Part shown: in pieces, positions 14,187 through 26,271 of the stretch
Layout of the letters: each line of letters begins with the position of its first letter
Numbering within the stretch: the first letter of the stretch is position 1
Assembly: GCA_951406725.2 (NCBI GenBank)
Contig: OX597823.1
Location: 26,060,001-26,122,000 of the forward strand
Direction: 5' to 3'
DNA from: Octopus vulgaris
Lineage: Eukaryota
DNA length: 62,000 nt
Program-made: the position numbers and the translations under genes
The notes under the pieces: model-generated
Databases searched by the model: none
What the model was told of the DNA's origin: nothing
Seen by the model: only the letters and a program-made list of their open reading frames with translations

Positions 14187-15460
14187 CATCAATATCAAAC
14201 TCCCTCCTAGTAATGTCTCAATCGCTGCCCCTGTGGCAAATAAGACCATTTCCATTGTCTGCTTTTAGCTTATTTTTCTTATACAGCTAACATAAATGGA
14301 AACAAATTGGAATATCAAAAACAAAATCAACAAGTCAGTAACTGAAGCAAAATGATGTCTTGTCATTTCGTAATCAACTTTGGTTTACAAAAGCAGAGAC
14401 CAAACATCCACAGTTTAGTGAAGGCCTTTGTTTGTTAATAGACAAGACAAAGCCGTTTTTTTTTTCCCTTCCATTTCTCTGTTAAAAATATTATTTCACG
14501 TTTTGCTATTATGTGATATTTTAGAATCGATGAGAAAATATAGAGGACACAGCTGTTTTTTTAATATTTTTCTTTTATTTGTATGAAACAGTTTTGACAT
14601 ATAGAGCATTTGTTGGACATTTCTACAGAGGAAGTAGACAGAACTGTTTATTCTTCATACTGCTACTACTCAGCATACTATAAATGCTTAAATATCCTAT
14701 TTTTACATTGTGCCATATCAATATTATGATGGCCCTTCACAATCAACTACAAGCCTTTCTCTCGCACAACATATATGAGAGATATTCTTTCGTATAGCTT
14801 TTAGCTTCGAGTGTAAAATTTTAGAAAGATGATTTTCCATTTCTCTCGAAAACAACAAATAAAAGAACTAAATATGTTGGCTATAAACATTGACACGTTC
14901 CCGCAACATTCTTCAAACAAGAAACCTTGCAGAGAAGTCTACATTATTTAGTTTCTATCTGAGAGAGAGAGAGAGAGAGAACGAATGTTATTGTTGATAT
15001 TTTAACCTTAGATCACCAACAATCGAGTAAACTTCAGATCAAAAGTATTCTTGACGTGACCATCCTGCTTTAAAAATCTAATATGAATACTAATACGATT
15101 TAAGTGAGATCTGGCTGCTATTTCTAGCAATTCGGACGACCACACTAAGGTGTCGTTCGCTTGAGATGGTATTAACAAGGTGCTTGGTAAATACAAAAAC
15201 TTTTTTTTACCAATTCTACTAAGCCAGTGTGCTTTGATCGGGCAGGGGCACTGCCATTAATTCAAACGATATTCCCCGGTACTTGAATGGCACTTTATTT
15301 TATCGATCCCAGAAGGATGAAAAGCGTAATTTATGTTCAGTGTTCAAATCCTCACCATAAAGCTACGTAAATAAACATCGTCCGCAACAAAGAATTAAAA
15401 GAAAAAAAAAACTGAATAAACAATAATAATACTACCTACAATGAACAGTGTTTAATATAA

Positions 15461-15592
15461 GGTTATTACCAGTTCAAATATGCTTGAAGCATATTCGAAT
15501 CCCCACAGTAGACAAATGGTGTAAATTTTGTCCACGACAAAAAACATTACGGGCTCGAATATGCCCCAAGCATATTTGAACTGGTAATAACC
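15461..15592. other. Long inverted repeat / hairpin with about 40-bp arms
   Basis: GGTTATTACCAGTTCAAATATGCTTG is perfectly mirrored (26 bp), then 2 mismatches and 10 more paired bases. Confidence 0.85.
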
Positions 15593-16967
15593 ATCACTGC
15601 TTAGCGCTGCCACCCCGTAATACTTAATATGTTGTAAACCCATTGAAATTGGTGATGGAACGTAAAAATAAGTCACCTCCCTCGAAACTACTTAGCTATT
15701 TTATATATTTGGAACTAGCACATTAAGACGAGGATGTTAAAGATTTTTTTTATTTATGATAGGGGACATACCAGAGTTTTTAAAAATGACATGCAAAATA
15801 TTCTTTTTTTTTATAAGCAGACCCAAATAAATACATTTTTTATAACTAATAACAAATAGAATTAAAAAAACCCGAGACCCGAAAAATCTTTACTTTTTAA
15901 AGGTTTATCTGAACGATTAATATATTTCTGTTGTAATTAACAGAGGAAATTATTTATGTATTAATTTATCAATTAATAGAGAAGTATAAAGTGATATACA
16001 ACCAAACGTATGTTTGGGCCAAATGACTCAAAATACAAAAAACATGAACATATTCTATTTAATAATCTTTACTTCGAAGGTTAGACGATCGCCTTTAGGC
16101 TTTCGTAGCCAAAACTTCAGTAATAGTAGTTTATTTATGTAGATAATGGATATATATATTATGAGAGTTAAACACTGTAGAGCAATGTTTTATCTCGTTC
16201 CTGTTCAGTAATAATCAACATTAAACTGAAAACAATGAAGTAAGCTTTGATACACTGTAGCAAGCACGACCACCTTACTATAGTGTGTGTGTGTGTGTAC
16301 ACAAATTATACACACACATATATATATATATTAGACACACGTTTATACATACATATAACTCGATCACAACCAACCCAGAATATATAATTAGATAAAGGAT
16401 ATTAACTTGAAATGGAAATGAGATAGAGAGAGAGATTTAAGATGTGCGTTTTAGACGTGTTGAACACAACACATTCCAACTGAGACATGATAACATCGAG
16501 TGTTCGATAAAGTTTTAAAAATAAGTCAAGAGATTTTAAACTACCACGGTAGTCCATTAGTCTACCCCATAAATATGAAAAAGAGTTAAAAAAACTCGGA
16601 ATATTTTACGTAAAACAAAACATCTAAAATGCGACAGATATTAGAATTAAAATAGCAGGTATGTTAGTTGTTGTTTAGATATTAGGTTTTAGCCAAGATC
16701 GAACAAACATATAATAAAAGACAGTTCAGCCTTCATCATCCTTTAAATATATATAACCCTAGGTAAATCCAATGGTATACCAAAAACAGTGAGGTTTGGT
16801 TCCTATTCTAGTAGGTTCGAATCACAGAGGCTCCTTCACTGACTCACAGCATTAATAGCTGTTTTGATCTGGGGCATGTTGAATGAACAAACCAAGTTCT
16901 AACCGTGACTACTATTTTTATATATATATGTATTAGATCCTACATTTTTAAATGTGTCCTTCCCTGT

Positions 16968-17000
<33 letters not shown>

Positions 17001-17391
17001 TTAAATTCCCCAACAGGATAGAGTGTTGCTGCTATTCGGGGAAGATATGGGTTTGGCTGTGACTTCTAAAAAGCTAAGTGACTGTGAAGAGACCCTCCTT
17101 AGTTCGTCAGCGCAAAGATAGTAGCAGTCTTGGTAGTGACTACAAGTATTATACAGCTTCGAGTCGAACACAATGTTTATGTTTAACAATCAGATATGAT
17201 CATATACTATTAAAGTTAAAGGGGGGGGGGTGTTACACACACACACACACGCTTTTACACAAATATTTAGTCATTCACTTTACACCCTAACACGTTTATT
17301 ATAAATATATAACTTTATACACAAACATTATGTATTTCTATACATTTATACACATACATTTTTATGAATAAACTCACATACTTCGTTTTTG

Positions 17392-17435
<44 letters not shown>

Positions 17436-17664
17436 GCGTAATGAATCTCCCAAGACAAAATATTAAGCTTCAAACACAACACAGACGATAACAAAAAGAA
17501 GTACTTGATATGTGTATATACACGCTGTGAAATCATTACATATATATAGGTGTGTGTGTGTGTAATATTTTCTGCTGCTGCATCAATATATTACTACATA
17601 TAGACAATTACACACACACACAAATATATATATACACACATATATACGTGTCTGTGTGTATACG

Positions 17665-17695
<31 letters not shown>

Positions 17696-17897
17696 ACATA
17701 CATATTATATATATATATATATACCACACTTTATATATAAAGCTCCAGAACCATATCACAAACAGACCATCATCTCAACAGAAGGAAGTACTTGATCTAT
17801 GCGTTGTCAAATCATTACACTGATATATATATATATATTATATTATATTATATCGTATTTTCTGTCGTTGTTGCTTTAACAATATATTGTTACTTAC

Positions 17898-17940
17898 CAA
17901 CATCAGGATCAAAAGATCCCGAGTTACCAAATAATGGCAT
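17898..17940 (-). CDS. STAM: STAM (ESCRT-0 signal transducing adaptor molecule) coding exon 1: MPLFGNSGSFDPDV + G
   Basis: Matches the STAM N-terminus MPLF..NPFDQDVEKATS. Consensus donor G|GTAAGT in phase 1 after the DV codon, the same position as I recall for vertebrate STAM intron 1. CAAAATATG start context. Later exons not found in the window. Confidence 0.85.
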
Positions 17941-18170
17941 ATTTTGTAGCCTGTGTTTCACAACAACAGTGGGGGGTCGACGGCAGACGTAAGCTCCTCC
18001 TTTTCACATTGACACTAAGCTAAAAACTTCAACACTTTACACAGCTTCGACTTCCTCTACAGCTGCCACTGCGCATGTCAATATGATGTCACTTGCTTTT
18101 ATTTCCGATTGTTCATCGGTCCACGTGAGACTGACTCGACAACTTCCTTTTAGCTTTCTCACTATATCTT
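17941..18170 (-). promoter_or_regulatory. STAM 5' UTR / core promoter
   Basis: CpG-retaining island with CACGTG E-box (18122-18127), two GGAAGT ETS motifs (18050-18055, 18142-18147), TGCGCATG NRF1-like (18070-18077) and TGACATCA CRE-like (18084-18091). Confidence 0.65.
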
Positions 18171-18175
18171 TGTGT

Positions 18176-18220
<45 letters not shown>

Positions 18221-18304
18221 CATATATATATATAATGTTTATATGTGTATGTTTATTTATATATGTCTGTGTGTGTGTATGTCAAAATAAACTTGTACAT
18301 TATA

Positions 18305-18392
18305 TGTGAAACTCTGATGAAGCTATGCAGTAATGCACAAACACTCAGATCTAGGTGCACTGTATCTAATAGTAGAAACAGCTGTAAGCTAA
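18305..18392 (+). ncRNA. Type I hammerhead ribozyme-like motif (Penelope-type minimal stem III)
   Basis: CTGATGA (18314-20), stem II GCTAT/ATAGT with A.A closing mismatch, GAAA (18375-78), palindromic CAGCTG, GUA triplet, stem I 3 of 4 pairs; related broken copies at about 10563-10650 (+) and 9480-9550 (-). Confidence 0.5.
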
Positions 18393-18719
18393 TGAAGTTG
18401 ATTACGTAATTCTTGTTCCTTTGTTATTTACTTAACTTCATATTATGTTCTATGCTTGCATAACTCTTTATTCTGCAGCATATATACAGTGTGTTTTGTG
18501 TTATTAGTAGCGTTATGACTAAGCAAAATTTTCATATTTATATAAAATTTCTTTAGGGGATACCAGTCAAGCCACCTATACTTATATCCAGATATGCCTG
18601 TCAGTAACTCCTCACTTGAATGGGCCATAATAACACAGAACTTCACTTACAAAAAAATTAACAGATTTTGTTATATTGGCCAAAAACACACCTAAGTTTT
18701 CTGTGTCTGCGTGTATGTA

Positions 18720-18772
<53 letters not shown>

Positions 18773-18774
<2 letters not shown>

Positions 18775-19174
18775 TAGCAGTATCGCCCGGCGTTGCTCGG
18801 GTTTGTAAGGGAAATAACTATATAAGCATTTTTAGAGAGTTATAGCCAAAAATTAGCAAAAAAATGCATTAAAAATGGAAAAAATATGATGGTAATTTTT
18901 TTTTAAAAATCGTTGACTCATCGTAGACATTTTTAGAGAGTTACTTCCCTTATATAATAGCGAAAAAATGCATTAAAACGGAAAAAAAATTATGGTAATT
19001 TTTTTTTTTAATCGTAGACTCATCGTAGACGCGCGCTAATGCCCAGAAGGGCTCGATATGAATCACAACTATAAGATACCCGGTTTTGGTTAAACTGCAC
19101 CGCAAAATATGGGAGTAGTTAGGAATCTAAATCGTAGGAGACAGACACACAACTTGACTTTTATATATAAAGAT
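18773..19174 (+). mobile_element. Non-autonomous Helitron/Helentron-like (HINE/Lep1-type) element
   Basis: 5' ACTAGCAGTATCGCCCGGCGTTGCTCGGG hairpin end, 3' ACAGACACAC...TTTATATATAAAGAT end, about 100-bp internal duplication, preceded by (TA)n. Confidence 0.65.
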
Positions 19175-19536
19175 ATCGTGTACATTTTTCTCATTTTTGG
19201 CTTGCCTTCATTAAGAATTAGCACATATCAGCAGCATTTCTATATGAAGATGTGACTACGCAGGGTTAAAAAAATTTGATGATTGATATAAACTCAACAC
19301 AAAGAAAAAGCTCTTTTCATATAAATGTGTGAGTGTATCCATACATACATACATACATATATTCTTTTGTTTCAGTTATTTGACTGCGGCCATGCTGGAG
19401 CACCGCTTTGAAGGATTTATTTAGTCGAACAAATCGACCTTAGTACTTATTCTATCGGTCTGTTTTGCCGAACCGCTAAGTTATGAGGACATAAACACAC
19501 CAGCATCGGTTGTCAAGCAATGGTAGGTGGGGACAA

Positions 19537-19580
<44 letters not shown>

Positions 19581-19582
<2 letters not shown>

Positions 19583-19964
19583 CTCTATATATAAACGGCA
19601 GTTTGTCTGTGCGTGTTTCTGTGTGTCTGTTTGCTTGTACTCTCACCCTGACCACGGCTTTCAACCGATTCTGATGAAACTTGACACACACATAGCCCAA
19701 TGTCATAATTCAAAACTAACGCAGCGAAAATTTTGAAAAGTTCCCCAGTTCTGAAAAAAATCGATATATTCGACATGGGGTCGAGAATCAGAAACACAAA
19801 CCGCAAACTGTCTAGGGGACGCAACTCCACCTTTTTTACTCTCAAAAAAAAATTACCATCATTTTTTTCCAATTTTTTCGCTATTTTTTTGGCTATAACT
19901 CTCTAAAAATGCTTTTTAGTTATTTCCCTTACAAACCTGAGCAATGCCGGGCGATACTGCTAGT
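19581..19964 (-). mobile_element. Second HINE-type element, inverted relative to the first
   Basis: Same 5' end (ACTAGCAGTATCGCCCGGCATTGCTCAGG) and 3' TTTATATATAGAGAT; a third partial copy starts near 19984. Confidence 0.65.
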
Positions 19965-20415
19965 ATATATATATATATATATATAACTGAGAATGTGTGT
20001 CTGTCTGTGTGAGTGAATCCCTAAAACTTGAGAACTACACAACCAATTTCATTCAAATTTTACACATGCCTCACTTACATGTAGTGTCATGGGCAAAAGA
20101 AATTTTGGATCTTTTCGGTTTTTTAAAATAATTTCTATGTAACTAAAAAATTTTTAACTTTGTATACTGGTAGAATGTGTTTATAAAACATCTTTTTCTC
20201 TTGGCTTTCTTGGGAAAATTCTGTGGTTTGTGAGATATTTGGTCTGTAATTTCTTGCATTTCGGCAATTTCAGCCAATCAATGACGTCTATTGAGGTGAA
20301 AACAATATCTGCCGAAGTCTGTCAACAGCAATTTTTTGCGGTGTCATATGAAAATGTCCCTAAGAAACAAATTGGGTTTATTTACATTTCTGAAGAAAAA
20401 AAGTTACCCTTCCCC

Positions 20416-20505
20416 CACCCCTAACCCTAACCATAACTAGCCCTCCCCACCCTTAACCCTAACTGACCCTCCCCACTCCTAACCCTAAACCTAACTAACC
20501 CTCCC
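20416..20505. repeat. Degenerate (CCCTAA)n telomere-like tract
   Basis: CCCTAACCCTAACC...CTTAACCCTAAC...CCTAACCCTAAACCTAAC. Confidence 0.6.
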
Positions 20506-20529
20506 CACCTACCATATATATATATATAT

Positions 20530-20940
20530 ATCATCCGAACGTGGCCGCATCGACTGGCCTCCGTGCTGTGGGCACGTAACAAACACCATCCTATCGTGGC
20601 CATTTGCCAGCCTCGTCTGGCACCTGTGTCGGTGGCACATAAAAAAACACCATCTGAGCATGGCCGTCTGCCAGCCTCGTCTGGCACATGTGTCGGTGGC
20701 ACATAAAAAACACCATACGAGCGTGGCCGTTCGCCAGCCTCGTCTGGCACCTGTGTTGGTGGCACATAAAATCACCCACTACACTCTCGGAGTGGTTGGC
20801 GTTAGGAAGGGCATCCAGCTGTAGAAACACTGCCAGATCTGACTGGCCTGGTGCAGCCTTCGGGCTCCCCAGACCCCAGTTGAACCGACCAACCCATGCT
20901 AGCATGGAAAGTGGACGTTAAACGATGATGATGATGATGA
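20530..20940 (+). mobile_element. RTE 3' UTR with internal ~58-bp VNTR and (GAT)n tail
   Basis: About four copies of GCCAGCCTCGTCTGGCACCTGTG.CGGTGGCACATAAAA..CACC, then conserved core and GATGATGAT. Confidence 0.85.
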
Positions 20941-22167
20941 TATATATATATATATATAAAACACCCTAATGGGGGCCTTAACTCCCAAATTTTGGTAATT
21001 TCTTTTATGATCCAAAACTAGGTCAAAAGTATTGAATGGATCTTTATGAAATTTGGAATTTATATTCTATGCATAAGGGCCATAACCCCAATGACAATTC
21101 ATATATTTTTACTATTGATGAAATTTTAACCATAGATATTAGGCCCAAATGAAGTAATATTTATAAAATTTCATCTTCTTACAAGTTAGAAAGACCCTCC
21201 ATGGCGACATAACACCCACAATTTTGTCATTTTATCTAAGCAAAGATGAATACAGTTGTACTCTTGGAAGCTGTAGGGTTACCCGAGCATAAAAGATGAG
21301 CATTATTTGTAATTCAATGATACAACAGTGTAACAGTTTGCTTTGACATACACTTACATTGTGATTTCTGCAATTGCCTCCACTGACTCAGTTGCAAAGT
21401 GTTGAGTAAAGTTATTTGATTGCAGACCTCCTTTCAGTGTTTTTATTATCACTGGGTCACACATAGTCCCCCGATGGTCACATTGATTTCAAGGTTTTCC
21501 CAGATGAGTGACTGGTTATTCAAAGACATTTATAGATTGTAAATTTATTCTGTCCATTTACGTATCTGTACAGTGGTCATTCGCAAACTCCAACTTTCAT
21601 TTCTCCTTAGCCCTCACGTCACACAGTTGTTAATGTTTATTTCAGTTGGGTCACGCCCTTCCAATTGCTACAAATTCGTAATGCATCTTATGGCTGTGCC
21701 TGTCACCTGGATGGTTAGGAATCCTACATTGGGAGTGGTAACAACTAGGGTAGGGTAGCTGACTGCTTATTGTGATCATTTGTCTTTTGTTTTCCTGTAG
21801 CTTTGCTCTCTTTTACAAACCCAGTGAACATATATTTCCTATTTCAAAGAAATTCAAACAATAGATATATGACCCAAGTTAAAAAGATTCTCAACAATTC
21901 AACTTCTCTGCTTTACATTAAGACACCCACCCCCAACAGGGGCCTTCACTCTCACATTCTAGAGCTCCATGACCTTCATTTTTCAGGAGCAAAATCCTTT
22001 TAACAGGTTCAATAAGACTGGAGTTTTGGAATATGCACATAAAAAATCAGTAGTATGGGATACATGTGGCACGATTACAATTTTTTTTTGGGTGTGTAAA
22101 GAGGGAAACAACCCTCATCTGCAATTTTGATGAAATTCGAAACAGATATTTCAGTTCATTACAGAAA

Positions 22168-22307
22168 AGTCTAATTCTTCAATTGCATGTAACCCGGGCA
22201 ACGCCGGGTATCTTTGCTAGTCTATATACATATATATATATATATGTATATAGACTAGCAAAGATACCCGGCGTTGCCCGTGTTACATGCAATTGAAGAA
22301 TTAGACT
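22168..22307. repeat. 140-bp spacer-less palindrome of Helitron-like 5' ends
   Basis: 70-bp arms with one mismatch, centre inside a (TA)n run at 22237/22238. Confidence 0.95.
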
Positions 22308-22373
22308 ATGTATATTAGAAGGTTTGGAGATGATGTACAGGTATTTTACAGATGATGTACAGGTGTATTTTCT

Positions 22374-22409
<36 letters not shown>

Positions 22410-23121
22410 CGCACTTCTTTCAGTTTCTGTCTGCCAAATCCACTCAACTCTTTGGTCAGGCCGAAGCTATAGTAGGAGACCCTTCTCAAGGTTCCACACT
22501 GTGGGACTGAACTCGGAACCATGTGGTTGGCAAGCAAACTTCTGACTACACAGCGACGAATATATTATGAAAGGAGACGGAAGGTGTGTGAATATAGATA
22601 AATAAAAAATATAAGCCAAGGGAAATAACTCATAGGCATTTTTTTTTTACTAACTTATTTTCCATCCACTTTTTTTTAATATAGTACATTGATTGCTATC
22701 ATTTATAGCTGTCTCCACTTCAAGATTCACCCTTATATAATTTTTTTATCTTTATTTATATGTATGCAAATTTATATTGGTAAAAAATTAATCGTAACTC
22801 TATGTCTAGTATGAAAAATATCTTCATCAGCTGATTGGCAGGCTTAGTAAGATTATACTCTGTTGATGAGGTCCAATTGCTGGAAACATATCCATAGTTG
22901 TCCCATGCACATAAACAAAAACCAGATTTTCCTATTCTGAAATACTTCAGAAATTAATTTTCTTGAAATTGTCTCACCTTTTCCAATATCTAACAACTGC
23001 CTCTAGGGTTATACTTTCTTTTTCCAACTAAGAGAGAAGCTTTAATTGATTAAGAAGTTTTTTATGTATAACATTCAATAATTCGACTCTTTACTTAATT
23101 ACCTATGTAATATACAAACAT

Positions 23122-23172
<51 letters not shown>

Positions 23173-23236
23173 TACATACATACATACATACATACATACA
23201 TACATACATACATACATGCAATCATATAGATATATA

Positions 23237-23963
23237 TCAGATTGAGTAAAAAGTAAGCAACGTTTTGAACCATGAAAAATTTGTACCGGATTTTTGCAGA
23301 GTTTTAAATTTTTATAAACATTTCTTTTTTTTTGCAATTGTCTGATAATACAGACATAGACTTGCCCAAATGCATCAATAAATTAACATTGATATTTTTT
23401 CCACCGTTCTTACAATCATCTGAAATGGAACTGTCAAAGTGCGATATTTGAGAAATTTTTCTATTCAACCTCAAAAAAGGATGTAAAGCAGCTGAAACTG
23501 CTCACAATATCAACAAAACATTTGGTGGTGTACTGCTGGACTCTTGCACTATAACTTCTTAAAATCCAGAAAAACCATTACTACAGTAACATATTGCCAT
23601 GAAAACTTCTACTCCTCCGTCCCAGACTGGTCAACAGAAGAGGGCCAATCATTCTTCATGACAATGCTTGACCACACATTTCACTAATGACGCTCTAGAA
23701 GTTGAGGGAACTTGGCTATGAAGTTCTTCCTCACCCAGCTTATTCTTCAGACCTTTCTCCAACCAACTACCACTTTTTCAAGCACCTTGATGGTTTCCTG
23801 TGAGAGAAGGAATTCATAAACCAAACTGATATAGAAAGCACATTCAAAGTGTTCATCAGCTCTAGAATGGTACTTACTTTGATGAATAAAATTTCCAAAC
23901 TGTTGAAATATATTGTGATGAATTTTATGTTTCAAAATGTTGCTTACCTTTTACTCAGCCTGA
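23237..23963 (+). mobile_element. Internally deleted mariner element
   Basis: TIRs TCAG(A/G)(T/C)TGAGTAAAA(A/G)GTAAGCAAC, TA flanks; transposase remnants KAAETAHNIN, IILHDNA, LPHPAYSSDLSPTNYHFF. Confidence 0.9.
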
Positions 23964-24373
23964 TATATATCATTGCTATTATGCAAAAGTGTCGTAAGTC
24001 CAAAATGTTGCTTTTTCAGAAAATGAAAAAAATAGTTTCAGCATTCCATTTCTTTTTAAATAAGCAAGTTTCAGCTTAACAATAATACATTGTTGGGTGC
24101 ATAAAATCGTAATTTCCGGCATGTATATTTTCAGTCAGAAATATTTTTACAAAACTGTTGTATGTGGGACTTACTATACTTTTGAGAAATGCTAAACCAT
24201 TGTACTACGCTTTTTATCAATTTGCATATCTTGGCATCTGAAGCAGCTGGAGATACAATAGTATGACCAGAACAACCGGCTATTGCAAGCAAAATTAAAT
24301 ATTGAAAAAACAAATATATTTGGCCAAATTTGGACATACAACAGTTAAACATAATAGCAACAATATATATATA

Positions 24374-26271
24374 TCATCATCATCATCGTATAACGTCCGT
24401 TTTCCGTGCTAGCATGGGTTGGATGGTTCGACTGGGATCTGGGAAGCCAGGAGGCTGCACCAGGCTCCAGTCTGATCTGGCAGTGTTTCTACAGCTAGAT
24501 GCCCTTCCTAATGCCAACCACTCCATGAGTGTAGTGGGTGTTTTTTACGTGCCACTAGCACAGGTGCCAGGGGAGGCTGGCAGCGGCCACGATCGGTTGG
24601 TACTTTTTACGTTCCACCGGCACAGAAGCCAGTCAAGGCAGCGCTGGCATCAGCCTTGTTCGGATGTTGCTTTTTATGTGCCACTGGCACAGGTATCACA
24701 ACTACTATTTCTATTTGATATTCATTTTGATGTTGATGTACTTGACTCAATAGGTCTCCTCAAGCACAGCAGGTCACCCTACAATCCAAGGTAAGCACAG
24801 CAGGTCGTTCTGCAATCCAAGGTACTTTGGATGGGCTGAGGCTATGCAAAACTGGTGCAGGAAGCAGCTCAGGTCTTTGCAGTCACAGCATATCTCCAGA
24901 GATCTCGATCTTTCGTCATTACCTCTGTGAGGCCCAACGTTCGAAGGTCATGCTTGACTACCTTATCCCATATCTTCCTGGGTCTCCCTCTCCCCCTGAT
25001 ACCTTCAACTGCTTGGAGGTGGCACTTCTTCACATATCTCTCCTCATCCATCCGCAGTACATGACCATACCAGCACAAACGTCTCTCTTGCACACCACAT
25101 CTGATGCTTCTTATGTCCAGCATTTCTCTCAGGGCACTTACACTCTGTCGTATGTGCACACTGACATTACACATCCAGCGGATCATGCTAGCTTCATTTT
25201 TTTCAAGTCTACGCATGTCCTCTGCAGTCACAGCCCATGTTTCACTACCGTGAAGCATGGCAGTTCGCATGCATGCATCATACAATCTACCTTTCACTCT
25301 GAGCGAGAGACCCTTTGTCCCCAGTAGGGGTAGGATCTTTCTAAACTTTGCCCAGGCTATTCGTATTCTAGTGGTGACACTCTCTGAGCATCCACCTTCA
25401 CTACTAACTTGGTCACCTAAGTAGCGGAAACTATCAACTACTTCTGGTTTCTCCCCCTGGAGTGTGATGGAATCTGTTTTCTGAGTATCTGTGGTGTCTA
25501 TTGCCCCTGTGCATCTGCTGCACATGAAAGCTATCTTATCAGTTAATTTTCCTTTGATGTTGCTGCACCTCTTATGCATCCATAGCTTACACTGGGTACA
25601 TCTTATAGAGTTTCTACCTACACCTTTCCTACAGATCAAGCGGGACTACCTGCCCGAGGGGGTGGGTGATGAGTCCGCCTTTCAGCTTACTATAACTTTG
25701 GTCTTTGCTACATTTACTCTAAGGCCCTTTGATTCTAAACCTTGCTTCCACACCTGAAATTTCTTTTCTAGTTCCGGTAGTGATTCTGCTATGAGGGCCA
25801 GGTCATCAGCATAGAGTAACTCCCAGGGGCAACCCGTCTTGAATTCCTCTGTTATTGCCTGGAGGACTATGATGTATAAAAGGGGACTGAGGGGTGAACC
25901 TTGGTGGACCCCTACTTCTACCCGGAATTCTTCACTATACTCATTGCCAATCCTAGCCTTGCTGACAGCCTCTCTGTAAAGCCCTTATTAACCATTTGTC
26001 AATATCCAGTTTCCGCATCGCCCACCAGATAAGGGATCGGGGAACCCTGTCAAAAGCTTTCTCCAAGTCTACAAAAGCTATGTAGAGGGGTTTATCTTTA
26101 GCTAGGTATTTCTCCTGCAGTTGTCGAACCAGGAATATAGCATCAGTGGTGCTTCTACCCAGCACAAAACTGAACTGCATCTCATCTAAGCAAACTCTCT
26201 CCCTAATGAAATGGGCTATGACCCTCTCTGTGACCTTCATCATCTGATCCAACAGTTTAATACCCCTGTAG
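24374..26271 (-). mobile_element. 5'-truncated RTE LINE: RT (QGSPLSP, LYADD) with inserted PHD-like finger, 3' UTR and (GAT)n tail
   Basis: ORFs 25953-26525 and 24869-25639: FVDLEKAFDRV, FRYLGD, RRLCWYGHVLRM, GRGRPRKIW; both ends abut (TA)n. Confidence 0.95.

Noticed and set aside
13134-14350. Two possible plus-strand terminal exons (PLPINSVTEQEIEGSDGEDEGIKQ*; NINGNKLEYQKQNQQVSN*)
   Set aside because: Short, unlinked and compatible with chance in AT-rich DNA.
16760-16835. tRNA-like GGTTCGAATC motif
   Set aside because: T-stem and acceptor stem do not pair; no cloverleaf.
20416-20505. Interstitial telomere or fusion scar
   Set aside because: Short, degenerate and embedded in MITE-like sequence.
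21240-22000. Possible Tc1-like remnant (KLEFANDH)
   Set aside because: Too degenerate; no TIRs or catalytic motifs recovered.
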